Source of the DNA: an uncultured Eubacteriales bacterium
GTDB taxonomy: Bacteria; Bacillota; Clostridia; Oscillospirales; QAKW01
Assembly (NCBI GenBank): GCA_902492505.1
Contig: CABULU010000001.1
Coordinates: forward strand, 7,601 to 71,600
Length of the DNA: 64,000 nt
Reading direction: 5' to 3'
Shown piece after piece: positions 55,190 through 64,000 of the stretch. Positions within the stretch are counted from its first letter, which is position 1; every line of letters starts with the position of its first letter. The position numbers and the translations under genes were made by a program. The notes beneath the pieces were generated by a model. It did not search any database. It was given only the letters and a program-made list of their open reading frames with translations, and had not been told where the DNA came from.

Positions 55190-58096
55190 ATGAAAAGAGC
55201 AGTCTGCTTTTTAACGGTTTTTGTAATGTGTATTTCCCTTCTTGGCGGTATTTCGTTTGCCGCGGGCGGTATTTCCATCGAGGTTCAGCCCTCCGTATTT
55301 CTGTGCGGGGATATATACAATATCGTTTGGTCCACCAATGTGAACGGTACAGGATACGTCGATTATACATATGACGGCAAGGATTACAGGGTGTATGATG
55401 AGGAAGCTGGCGTCGTGCGCACCGACGATTATATACATACCGTATCCGTGCCGGTGGAGCATCTGAATGCCGCGGGGGAATACAGCGTTACCTCCGTTGC
55501 GGTTTCTTCCCGCACTCCGTACAGCGTAAATTACGGAGATTCGTGCACCGAGACGCGCGGATTTACAAGCTATCACGGTCAGGAGGAAATCAATATATGG
55601 ACCCTTTCCGACCTGCACCGAACACCGACCAATGATATAATGAATTACGTGAACAAGGCTGTGTCGCATCTCAAGGGCGGATCGCCCGATCTTATCATGC
55701 TTCTGGGGGATATCTGCAATGATATGCAAAGTAAGGACTATGCGGAGATAGGTATTTTCGACACGGCGGCGCAGCTGTCCGGCGGTACCGTTCCCTGCGT
55801 GTATACGCGCGGAAACCATGAAACCCGCGGTGAGTTTTCGGGATATCTGCTTCAGTATCTGCCTTCAGATACCGGCGAATTCTATTTTACGTTTGAATAC
55901 GGTCCGATGTCATCGGTTGTTTTGGATTTCGGCGAGGACAAGATCGACACCCATCCCGAATATTCCGGGCTTGTTGACTACAATAATTATCGTATCGAGG
56001 AAAACGACTGGCTGGGTACCGTTCAAGACTATGGCGGTGAGCCGGCCTATCGAATTGCGTTCTGTCACGGACCGAATATTATTAATCATTTCGGCTTTAA
56101 CTGGCTGAGCAATCTGTCCGCCATAGGCACGGATCTGCTTGTCGCGGGACACTATCACGGAATTGAGATGTGGGAGCCGGGCGGTAACAATTCGTCAAGC
56201 TGTACGGATTTTCCGATAATGCTTGACGGTTCGCATGTCAATAATGCGGGATTTATTGCAAGTCAGCTTTTGCTGAAGGACGGAAAAATCACCTGTTACG
56301 GAGTGTCCGATACGGGAGAACAAAAGCTGTCATATGAGCTGACGGCGGGCGGAAATGTTAAAGACCAAAGCGAAAGCGCGGCTGAGAGCTTATCCTCTTA
56401 TGCCGTCGACGGTGCAGAGGCGGACTTAATTGAAAACGTTTCCGTTCCCACAGCCTACGGTAAACCGGTGAGCAGCGTGATTAAGGGTGCGGCTGCCGAC
56501 TTCGGCTTTATTACAAAGCCTACCGTTTTCGATACAGGAGATACATATACGGTTGCATGGGCGACGACCGAGGGTAAAAACTCCATGGGCGAGGTTCACC
56601 TTGTCTATGAGGGCAGAGAGCATCGGTTTACCGATTCTGAGGGCGGCACGCTGCGCTGTCTGTCCAATATGCATGCGGTTCGTATCCCGAAAAAGTATCT
56701 TGAAAATAACTCCTATGAGGTCGTTTCCCAGCACATAATAAAACACGGTGCATACTCGGCTCAGAAAGGTCCGCTTGTCACCTCCGGCTATCTTGAATTT
56801 TCCGGATATAGCGGACAGCAGGAAATTGAGATGCTTATGGTGAGCGATCTGAATTCCGACAGAACACTTATTCCGAAAATCCGTGCGGCGGCAAGCGGGT
56901 ATGACCTCTTAGTGCTGGGCGGGAATATATTGAAAAACGCCGGAAGCGACAGTGATGTTATAAGCGGCTTGCTCTATAATGCCGGTATGCTTACGGGCGG
57001 AAAAATTCCCGTTGTGTTCCTTCGCGGAGAAAATGAGACTTTGGGCGAATATGCGCCCTACCTCACCCGAATTGTGCGCAACTCCCCCCGTCAGTTTTAT
57101 GAGGCTGTTCAATACGGTCCTGTTTCTATGCTGATTCTTGATACTGCCGGGCTTTACCCCGACGACAGCAGTGCATATAACGGGCTTGCCAGCTTTGAAT
57201 CGGTTCGTGCAAAGCAGCAGCAGTGGCTTGACAATCAGTCCTACGGCGACGCACAGTATAAGCTTGCGCTTGCACATGCGCCGGTTATTCATGACCAGCT
57301 AAGCTATAAATACAGTCGCACGCTTAATACGCTGGGCACCGACCTTGCACTGTTTGCTCATGAACAGACGTCCGCTTTCTATGACGCCGGGTATCATAAT
57401 CAGAATTTTGTCAGCGCAGTGAACGGAAGCTATTTCACTGACGGTACGGTGGGTACTCTTGTAAGCTTTGGCGGCGGACAGATAACGCTTAAAACACTCG
57501 GTGAAAACGGCACGGTTAAAGCTCAAAAGACTTTCGCGACTTCTGATAATGAGCTTGCGGAGTTTACAGACGTCCCGCAGAACCGCTGGTATACGGATGC
57601 TGTGAATTATGCGCATACGCAGCTGCTGATGCGCGGCGTTACGGAGGACAGCTTTCAGCCGTCCTCAGAGCTTACCCGCGGTATGGCGGTGACGGTACTG
57701 GCACGTCTTGCGGATGTCGATACCGAGGCTTTTGAAGACAGTCCGTCGGCGTTTTCTGACGTTGAGCAGAGCCGTTACTATGCGGGCGCCGTACAGTGGG
57801 CGGCGCAAAACAAAATTACAAACGGTACGGATGCCGGGCAGTTTTCGCCTGATGAGCCGCTCACGCGGCAGATGCTTTGCGCCATGATATACCGCATGTA
57901 TTCGGATGAATATGAGCTGTCAAAGGAGGACTGCGGCTTTGCTGATTTTGATGAGGTCAGTGCGTATGCCAGGGATGCGGTCGCGGCGCTTGCTGCGGCG
58001 GGTGTTATAAACGGCATGGGCAGTAATGAATTTCAGCCGAAAACCGCCGTTACCCGCGCAATGCTCGCACAAATTATATATAACGGTAAATTTTAA
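55190..58096 (+). CDS. secreted SLH-anchored protein with two tandem metallophosphoesterase modules
   Basis: Signal peptide. Module 1 (about aa 28-385) has SDLH, GDICND, GNHE and GHYH. Module 2 (about aa 437-785) is a homologous repeat with SDLN, GGNILKN, GENE and AHEQ. Three SLH repeats occupy about aa 790-968. Confidence 0.75.
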   Translation: MKRAVCFLTVFVMCISLLGGISFAAGGISIEVQPSVFLCGDIYNIVWSTNVNGTGYVDYTYDGKDYRVYDEEAGVVRTDDYIHTVSVPVEHLNAAGEYSVTSVAVSSRTPYSVNYGDSCTETRGFTSYHGQEEINIWTLSDLHRTPTNDIMNYVNKAVSHLKGGSPDLIMLLGDICNDMQSKDYAEIGIFDTAAQLSGGTVPCVYTRGNHETRGEFSGYLLQYLPSDTGEFYFTFEYGPMSSVVLDFGEDKIDTHPEYSGLVDYNNYRIEENDWLGTVQDYGGEPAYRIAFCHGPNIINHFGFNWLSNLSAIGTDLLVAGHYHGIEMWEPGGNNSSSCTDFPIMLDGSHVNNAGFIASQLLLKDGKITCYGVSDTGEQKLSYELTAGGNVKDQSESAAESLSSYAVDGAEADLIENVSVPTAYGKPVSSVIKGAAADFGFITKPTVFDTGDTYTVAWATTEGKNSMGEVHLVYEGREHRFTDSEGGTLRCLSNMHAVRIPKKYLENNSYEVVSQHIIKHGAYSAQKGPLVTSGYLEFSGYSGQQEIEMLMVSDLNSDRTLIPKIRAAASGYDLLVLGGNILKNAGSDSDVISGLLYNAGMLTGGKIPVVFLRGENETLGEYAPYLTRIVRNSPRQFYEAVQYGPVSMLILDTAGLYPDDSSAYNGLASFESVRAKQQQWLDNQSYGDAQYKLALAHAPVIHDQLSYKYSRTLNTLGTDLALFAHEQTSAFYDAGYHNQNFVSAVNGSYFTDGTVGTLVSFGGGQITLKTLGENGTVKAQKTFATSDNELAEFTDVPQNRWYTDAVNYAHTQLLMRGVTEDSFQPSSELTRGMAVTVLARLADVDTEAFEDSPSAFSDVEQSRYYAGAVQWAAQNKITNGTDAGQFSPDEPLTRQMLCAMIYRMYSDEYELSKEDCGFADFDEVSAYARDAVAALAAAGVINGMGSNEFQPKTAVTRAMLAQIIYNGKF

Positions 58097-58111
58097 AGGG
58101 CAAAATTTGAT

Positions 58112-58837
58112 TTGAGACTGATAGTAATTGCATCGGGCAGCAGTGCAAATGCTGCCGTAATTGAAAATAACGGCGCCGCGGTCCTTGTGGACTGCGGCGT
58201 AACGCTGAAGACGCTGAAATGCGGGCTTGCAAAAGCGGGGCTTTCACTTTCCGATTTATGCGCCGCATTTATAACCCACAGACATTCTGATCATATAAAG
58301 GGACTGCCGGTGCTTGCGCGCGCGGCGGATATTCCGATTTATTCTGCTGTGGATATCGGACTGTGCAGTCGCTTTGAAGATAAAATGACGCTTAGCGGTT
58401 TTGAGGTGCAGGCGTTTGAGTGTTCACATGACGTGCCGTGCGTAGGATATAAAATAAGCTGCGGTGAAAAATCTATCTGTATCGCAACCGATTCGGGAAC
58501 CGTAACGCAGTCAATGCTTGAGGCGCTTTACGGCTGTGAAACGGTAATGATTGAAAGTAACCATGATATAGGTATGCTGAAAAACGGTTTTTATCCTGCA
58601 CATCTTAAATCGAGGATTATGTCCCCTTTCGGACATATGTCAAACAGTGACTGTGCAAAGCTTGTGACCTACCTTGCCGGCGGCGGGCTCAGGCGCGCAG
58701 TGCTTGCGCACCTGAGTGAAAATAACAATACTCCCCTGCTCGCCCGTGCTGAGACGCAGGGCGCACTTGCCCGGCTTGCTCCGGACAGCGGCGTTACTGT
58801 CTGTCACGCCGGTGCGGGACTTATAGTTGAATTTTAA
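58112..58837 (+). CDS. MBL-fold metallo-hydrolase (YycJ/WalJ-like)
   Basis: TTG start. ITHRHSDHIKG is the HxHxDH motif. Confidence 0.7.
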   Translation: MRLIVIASGSSANAAVIENNGAAVLVDCGVTLKTLKCGLAKAGLSLSDLCAAFITHRHSDHIKGLPVLARAADIPIYSAVDIGLCSRFEDKMTLSGFEVQAFECSHDVPCVGYKISCGEKSICIATDSGTVTQSMLEALYGCETVMIESNHDIGMLKNGFYPAHLKSRIMSPFGHMSNSDCAKLVTYLAGGGLRRAVLAHLSENNNTPLLARAETQGALARLAPDSGVTVCHAGAGLIVEF

Positions 58838-58850
58838 AGGAGCACTATCA

Positions 58851-59462
58851 ATGACCTCTTATGAAAAAATGCACAGCGGCGATATTTACTTTTGCAATGA
58901 CGAGGAGCTGTCGCGCCGCCAGCTTGCCTGTCTTGAAAAGCTTTATGACTATAATGCCACCCGTCCTTCGCAGGGTGAGCTGCGCGCGCAGCTTTTAAAG
59001 GATATGTTCGCCCAAATCGGAGACGGATGCTATATCGAACCGCCGCTGCATGCAAACTGGGCCGGTGCGCATGTGCATTTCGGAAATAATGTATATGCCA
59101 ATTTTAATTTGACGCTTGTGGATGATACGCATATCTATGTCGGGGACGGCACAATGTTCGGACCGAATGTTGTAATTGCAACAGCCGGACATCCGATATT
59201 GCCCCAGCTTCGGGAACGGGTCGGGCAGTTTAACATGCCCGTACATATCGGTAAAAACTGCTGGCTGGGAGCGGGTGTTATTGTTTTACCCGGCGTGTCG
59301 ATAGGAGACAATACCGTTGTGGGAGCCGGCAGCGTTGTGACAAAGGATATTCCCGCAAACGTAGTAGCTGTCGGCAGTCCGTGCCGTGTTCTGCGTGAAA
59401 TCGGCGAGCGTGACAGAGAATATTATTTCAGGGATAAAAGGATAGATTTTGATAAAATTTAG
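58851..59462 (+). CDS. maa: maltose/galactoside O-acetyltransferase (hexapeptide repeat)
   Basis: Start set at ATG 58851 (AAAGGAG RBS). MHSGDIY..DEEL N-terminal Mac domain and left-handed beta-helix repeats IGKNCWLGAGVIVLPGVSIGDNTVVGAGSVV. Confidence 0.8.
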   Translation: MTSYEKMHSGDIYFCNDEELSRRQLACLEKLYDYNATRPSQGELRAQLLKDMFAQIGDGCYIEPPLHANWAGAHVHFGNNVYANFNLTLVDDTHIYVGDGTMFGPNVVIATAGHPILPQLRERVGQFNMPVHIGKNCWLGAGVIVLPGVSIGDNTVVGAGSVVTKDIPANVVAVGSPCRVLREIGERDREYYFRDKRIDFDKI

Positions 59463-59464
59463 GA

Positions 59465-59500
59465 AAAGGGCGGGTTTTATTCCGCCCTTTGCTGATTTTT
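59465..59500 (+). terminator. rho-independent terminator
   Basis: aaagggcgg / ccgcccttt stem, followed by gctgattttt. Confidence 0.6.
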
Positions 59501-59600
59501 GTCGTCGGCGGGTGAACAATCTGTTATTTACGGGTCATTGTGCTGTCATTTTTACGCTGTATAATGTACTTAAAACGATCAGGAGGAGAATCAGGAAATT

Positions 59601-60284
59601 ATGGAGATACTGAAAATCGAAAATCTTACCAAGATTTACGGCAGCGGTGAAAATGAAGTACGTGCGCTGGACGATGTTTCATTTTCGGTGGAAAAGGGCG
59701 AGTTTTTGGCAATAATCGGTCCGTCCGGCAGCGGAAAATCCACGCTTTTGCATATGATAGGAGGCGTTGACCGTCCGACATCGGGCAGGATACTTATGAA
59801 CGGGCAGGACGTTTATGCGCAAAACGAGGATCAGCTTGCAATTTTCCGGCGTCGTCAGGTTGGACTGATATATCAGTTTTATAACCTTATTCCGATTTTG
59901 AACGTCACCGAAAATATGACGCTTCCTGTGCTGATGGACGGCAGGCGGGTAAACAATGACTTTTTAAACGAGCTTATAGATACGCTTGATTTGCGCGGAA
60001 GAGAAAAACACCTTCCCAATCAGTTGTCCGGCGGACAGCAGCAGCGCGTTTCCATCGGCCGCGCTCTGATGAACATGCCGGCTGTTGTACTGGCAGACGA
60101 GCCGACGGGTAATCTTGACTCCAAAAACAGCCAGGAAATACTGGAGCTTTTGAAGCTGTCCAATAAAAAATACAATCAGACGCTTATTGTCATAACCCAT
60201 GACGAAAATATTGCAATTCAGGCGGACCGTGTAATTTCCATCGAGGACGGCAAAATTACGCGGGACAGTGCGGCACGGGGGTAA
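59601..60284 (+). CDS. ABC transporter ATP-binding protein (MacB/LolD-type)
   Basis: Walker [11 protein letters not shown]-loop, LSGGQQQRV and Walker [12 protein letters not shown]. Confidence 0.9.
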   Translation: MEILKIENLTKIYGSGENEVRALDDVSFSVEKGEFLAIIGPSGSGKSTLLHMIGGVDRPTSGRILMNGQDVYAQNEDQLAIFRRRQVGLIYQFYNLIPILNVTENMTLPVLMDGRRVNNDFLNELIDTLDLRGREKHLPNQLSGGQQQRVSIGRALMNMPAVVLADEPTGNLDSKNSQEILELLKLSNKKYNQTLIVITHDENIAIQADRVISIEDGKITRDSAARG

Positions 60285-60290
60285 GACATC

Positions 60291-62969
60291 GTGAATATTT
60301 TCAGAAAATATACGGTGCGCTCGCTGCTTAAAAACAAAATGCGCACCTTTGTAACCATTGTCGGCATTGTGCTTTCCGTTGCAATGTTTACCGCCGTAAC
60401 GGAGGCGGTGGCATGTCTGCGCGGATATCTTATAGATGACGTTATAAACAGCTTCGGCGGATTTTATGCGAACACCGAGGAAATAGACGCCTCAATGCTT
60501 TCAAAGCTTAAAAATGAGGACGGAGTTGATAAAACGGTTACGCTGGGCAGCGTCGGTTATGCCGATATCGGCTCGCAAAATCCATATAAGCCGTACTTGT
60601 TTGTTACGAATATGTCGGCGGACTTTTGCGACCTTGTAGCGGTGAATTTGGAGAGCGGCCGTCTGCCCGAGCGGGAGGATGAAATTGTTCTGCCCATTCA
60701 TCTTTCAACAAACGGCAGTGTGGAGTACAGTCTGGGTGATACACTGACGCTGCATATAGGGCAGCGCATGTCGGACGGTTTCAGGCTTAACCAGTACAGT
60801 ATGTATACAGACGGCGAGAAGCTTGTCGGGGAGTATGAAAAAAACTATACGGTAGTTGGGTTTTACTCACGGTTTGCAACGGATATCGAGCCTTATTCCG
60901 CTCCCGGCTATACCGCGCTGACAGTCGGCGGGGAAAGCAATTATTACAGTGCATTTTTTACTCTTGAAAATATTCGGGACACGTTTGACTTTATTTCTGA
61001 CAATCCGGAATATGGGCAGTTGAATACAAACAGTGAGCTTTTAATGCTTTACGGCGTGAGCGGATATGACAATATGCTGGCTGTGCTTATCGGTATGGCG
61101 GCGGTGCTCATAGGTCTTATCATGTTCGGCTCGGTTTCACTTATTTATAATTCTTTTTCTATTTCGGTAAGTGAGCGTACAAAGCAGTTCGGAATACTCA
61201 AATCGATAGGCGCGACAAAAAAGCAGATACGCCGCACGGTTTTTTATGAAGCACTTTTTCTGTGTATTATTGCGGTTCCGCTGGGAATTATCGCGGGTTG
61301 TGCGGGGCTTGGAATTACGCTGTATCTGCTGCGCGGAGCATTCAGCTCGGCTGAGATGTTTTTTAATACCGGTGCGGGGCTGGCTCCCAAGCTTATAATT
61401 TCGCCGACAGCGCTTATAATAGCAGCGGCTATAGGTGTCGTAACGACTGTTATTTCGGCGTATGTGCCTGCACGCCGTGCAGTAAAGGTGCCGCCCATTG
61501 AGGCGGTGCGTCGCTCAAATGACATTACGGCAAAGCAGGTTAAAATTCACGGAAACGGAATAGTTTATAAGCTGTTTGGGTTTGAGGGAATGATTGCCGC
61601 CAAAAATTTCAGGCGCAATAAGAAACAGTACCGCACGGCGATACTGTCGCTGTTTATGAGCGTTGTTCTGTTTGTTTCCGCGTCTTCCTTCTGCCGGTAT
61701 CTTACAGACGCTGCGGGAGATGTTGACAGAAGCGCCGGATATGATATATCCTACGTTATGCACGATGCTTACGATACCGATGCAGCTGATAGGATTTACA
61801 AGTCGCTGTCAGAGGCGGACGGTGTAACCGAGTCAGTATTGCTGAGTGTGAATTCATATGAAGCAGTGGTGCCGTATGACCTGATATCCCGCAGAGCTCG
61901 ACAGTTGCTGTTTGATAATTCCGAAGACAGTATGCAGATGGAAGAACCGCAGTGGGAATGGATATATCCGCGCATTTATTATGTCAGTGACGCGCAGTAT
62001 GAAAAGTTGGCAAGGGACAGCGGGCTTTCAGTTGATATATCCGACCCAAAGGCTCTTGTTTTTGATAATTGCAAAATGTATATAAACGAAGGTGACAACA
62101 ACCTGAAGGTATATGAAACTGAGTATTTGGAGCATAGCAAGATAACCGATGAACTGAAGTTTTATTCGGTAGTCGAGCGGGAGGGCTACGATTTTTTCAG
62201 GTTTGAGGATGGTTTTGCACTTTACCTGCCGGAGGATGTAATGATGGATGATTCCTCACAAATTCAGGATGAGGATTATCTGCGGGTGGAAATAGGTGAG
62301 GCGCTTGAAGCAAAACCGTTGGCGGTTGCTGGCTTTGTCAGTGAAAAGCCGTTTTTTGCAAATGATGATCTGGCGCTGATTTATCCTCGCAGCGCGATAG
62401 CGAGCGCACCGGTGGAACTGTATAATGCGAGCATGTACTTTCTGACAAATGACCATGTCAAAACCTTCAACGCCATGACAAAAATCCTGTCTGATATGAA
62501 TGCCGATAAGTCGGGGCTTTTTGATGTAGCGGCTGACGCAGAGCGAGCGCGGTCGCTCACCGTAATCGTAAATGTGTTTGCGTACGGATTTATAATACTC
62601 ATTTCTCTGATAGCGCTGACAAATGTTTTCAATACTGTTTCTACAAATATATTCCTGCGCAGGCGAGAGCTTGCAATGTTTAAATCAATCGGCATGACGC
62701 GGCGCGGCTTTAACAAAATGATGAATTATGAGTGTATCATATGCGGTGCGCGCGGGCTTATGCTGGGGCTGCCGGTCTCGGTGCTTGTTACTTTTTTGAT
62801 ATATCGGATTATGGCTCAGGGCTTTTCCTCGAATTTCTATATTCCGTGGTACAGCATAGCAATCGCGGTGTTCAGCGTGTTTGCGGTCGTTTTTGTCGCA
62901 ATGCTGTATTCAATGGGTAAAATACGCAAGGAAAATACGATAGACACACTTAAAAACGAGAATATATAA
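60291..62969 (+). CDS. ABC transporter permease with two FtsX-like domains
   Basis: GTG start 6 nt after the ATPase gene. Two MacB/FtsX-type TM bundles (ERTKQFGILKSIGATKKQI and RRRELAMFKSIGMTRRGF) separated by large extracytoplasmic domains. Confidence 0.85.
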   Translation: MNIFRKYTVRSLLKNKMRTFVTIVGIVLSVAMFTAVTEAVACLRGYLIDDVINSFGGFYANTEEIDASMLSKLKNEDGVDKTVTLGSVGYADIGSQNPYKPYLFVTNMSADFCDLVAVNLESGRLPEREDEIVLPIHLSTNGSVEYSLGDTLTLHIGQRMSDGFRLNQYSMYTDGEKLVGEYEKNYTVVGFYSRFATDIEPYSAPGYTALTVGGESNYYSAFFTLENIRDTFDFISDNPEYGQLNTNSELLMLYGVSGYDNMLAVLIGMAAVLIGLIMFGSVSLIYNSFSISVSERTKQFGILKSIGATKKQIRRTVFYEALFLCIIAVPLGIIAGCAGLGITLYLLRGAFSSAEMFFNTGAGLAPKLIISPTALIIAAAIGVVTTVISAYVPARRAVKVPPIEAVRRSNDITAKQVKIHGNGIVYKLFGFEGMIAAKNFRRNKKQYRTAILSLFMSVVLFVSASSFCRYLTDAAGDVDRSAGYDISYVMHDAYDTDAADRIYKSLSEADGVTESVLLSVNSYEAVVPYDLISRRARQLLFDNSEDSMQMEEPQWEWIYPRIYYVSDAQYEKLARDSGLSVDISDPKALVFDNCKMYINEGDNNLKVYETEYLEHSKITDELKFYSVVEREGYDFFRFEDGFALYLPEDVMMDDSSQIQDEDYLRVEIGEALEAKPLAVAGFVSEKPFFANDDLALIYPRSAIASAPVELYNASMYFLTNDHVKTFNAMTKILSDMNADKSGLFDVAADAERARSLTVIVNVFAYGFIILISLIALTNVFNTVSTNIFLRRRELAMFKSIGMTRRGFNKMMNYECIICGARGLMLGLPVSVLVTFLIYRIMAQGFSSNFYIPWYSIAIAVFSVFAVVFVAMLYSMGKIRKENTIDTLKNENI

Positions 62970-62971
62970 TA

Positions 62972-63001
62972 AAAAACCGGGCACAAATGTGCCCGGTTTT
63001 T
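62972..63001. terminator. bidirectional terminator
   Basis: aaaaaccgggcac / gtgcccggttttt with loop aaat. Confidence 0.8.
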
Positions 63002-63006
63002 ACCTT

Positions 63007-63651
63007 TTAAAATGCAAAATCACGCATGCTGCACATACCTCCGAGACTTTCAAATATCTCTAAAAATTCGGGATATCTTTCAAACAGCCCGTCCACGTTG
63101 CGCACCACGGTTTCGCCCTTGGTATAAGTCGATATCAAAATCAGAGCCATCGCCATATGCGGATTGTTTTTTGCGTTAAGCACCGTGTACTCCACCGACC
63201 TTTGCGGCCAAATCCATAAATCGTTGCCGTTAAATTCACATCGGGCGCCAAGCGCATGGAGATTTTCAATTATCAGTGCCTGGAGCTCAGTCGCGGCGGC
63301 AAAACCCGAAATATGCGTTTTGCCTTTTGCAAACAGTGCCAGCATGGAAATTACAGGCGCTATTATCGGAAATTCCGCAATATCCACGTGGCAGCCCCGC
63401 AATGTATCGGCGCGCACATTCACACTGTCGCCGCCGCGTGTGATTTTTGCACCGAAGCGGCGCAGTATATCCAGCACCATCTTTCCGTTCTGTTCGCTGC
63501 CTGCGTTCAGATTTGTGCAAATAACCGAAGAATCAAGCGCCGCGCGCGCAAAAAACATGCCCGCAAAGCTGTAATCTCCGCTGTATTTTCCGATTAGCGG
63601 TGCGCTGAACTCGCCGCGTATGTCACATTTTTTAACTTCTATATCCGACAT
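63007..63651 (-). CDS. half-size EPSP-synthase-like protein (resembles the C-terminal half of AroA, with degenerate catalytic motifs)
   Basis: GDYSFAGMFFARAAL, FPIIAPVISMLALFAKGKTHISG and NPHMAMAL parallel AroA GDASSA..FLAAAA, PD..P..A.ALFA.G.T.I.G and DHRMAM. The RxKETDR equivalent reads AAATELQ. 214 aa with no SD sequence. Confidence 0.55.
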   Translation of the reverse strand: MSDIEVKKCDIRGEFSAPLIGKYSGDYSFAGMFFARAALDSSVICTNLNAGSEQNGKMVLDILRRFGAKITRGGDSVNVRADTLRGCHVDIAEFPIIAPVISMLALFAKGKTHISGFAAATELQALIIENLHALGARCEFNGNDLWIWPQRSVEYTVLNAKNNPHMAMALILISTYTKGETVVRNVDGLFERYPEFLEIFESLGGMCSMRDFAF

Positions 63652-63656
63652 TTTGT

Positions 63657-64000
63657 TTAAAACCGACCGCTTAAAACTGACTGTATAAAGTCAGATACCT
63701 GCTCCTGCGTCACGCTTTTAGCGTTGACAAGCTCGTTGTATCTTGCAAAAAGCGCCGCACTGTTTTGTGTGGTTTTTTGCTTTAACTCCTCGCTCGGCTG
63801 CCATTTATAGCCCTTGTCTGCGCTGTATGCGTCCTTTGCGGTGTTTTTTTCGTTTATTTCTTCAATATAGGCTCCCACGCGTAAAAGCAGGTTTTTCGGC
63901 GTCGCAAAATCCGGCAGGCGCGATAAAACAGTCTCTTTTGCCTCATCGTACTGACCGATATATTCTTCAAGAGTGCCGCCCGACAGCGCTTCGTTTTCAT
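63657..64000 (-). CDS. hypothetical protein, C-terminal part (5' end outside the window)
   Basis: The minus-strand frame is open from the window edge to TAA at 63657-63659. No family recognised. Confidence 0.5.
   Translation of the reverse strand, partial: ENEALSGGTLEEYIGQYDEAKETVLSRLPDFATPKNLLLRVGAYIEEINEKNTAKDAYSADKGYKWQPSEELKQKTTQNSAALFARYNELVNAKSVTQEQVSDFIQSVLSGRF

Overview
This window looks like the origin-proximal chromosome of a spore-forming Firmicute, probably Clostridia-like (about half GC by eye, SLH-domain wall proteins, cotJABC). The core runs on the minus strand. It starts with dnaA-dnaN-recF-remB-gyrB-gyrA (37.9 to 29.3 kb). Next comes a second type IIA topoisomerase pair (parE/parC-like, 28.0 to 23.8 kb) and two perfect parS sites. 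These are followed by a tightly packed 8-gene block, parA-parB-hyp-rnhA-nifS-nifU-lipoprotein-ymdB (23.6 to 17.1 kb), and a stand-alone tRNA-Leu(UAA). The left part (0-16 kb) holds housekeeping and sporulation genes: peroxiredoxin 3' end, YfcE-like phosphoesterase, mini-RNase III, YitT, an RsmF-like methyltransferase, an SLH protein, a TM2 protein, a YabE-like G5/3D protein, an orphan binding protein, a phosphoesterase-beta-propeller fusion, cotJABC, a GNAT/HD/Cys-rich operon, Ogg and a YfbR-like nucleotidase. The right part (38-64 kb) starts with an AT-rich pocket holding an AAC(6')-like GNAT and an XRE-TPR regulator. It continues with a sugar-phosphate isomerase, a candidate Mn riboswitch plus P-type ATPase, a SLOG protein, a two-component system, ftsK, uppP, a GH20 hexosaminidase and rny. 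It ends with MarR-MATE, a 968-aa SLH-anchored double phosphoesterase, an MBL hydrolase, maa, a MacB-type ABC pair and a half-size EPSP-synthase-like ORF. Three AT-rich pockets (about 16.3-16.9, 28.05-29.3 and 38.07-40.2 kb) each encode XRE-type HTH proteins with inverted-repeat operators. I saw no CRISPR array, transposase, integrase, rRNA or recognisable defence system. I also see no convincing complete novel multi-gene system. The most unusual items are a four-gene mini-XRE repressor cassette with TAGAC-N6-GTCTA operators wedged between the two topoisomerase operons, the oriC architecture and its non-canonical synteny, a duplicated phosphoesterase with a degenerate second copy, and a degenerate half-EPSPS ORF. 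All family calls come from reading the translated ORFs by eye. No searches or covariance models were run.
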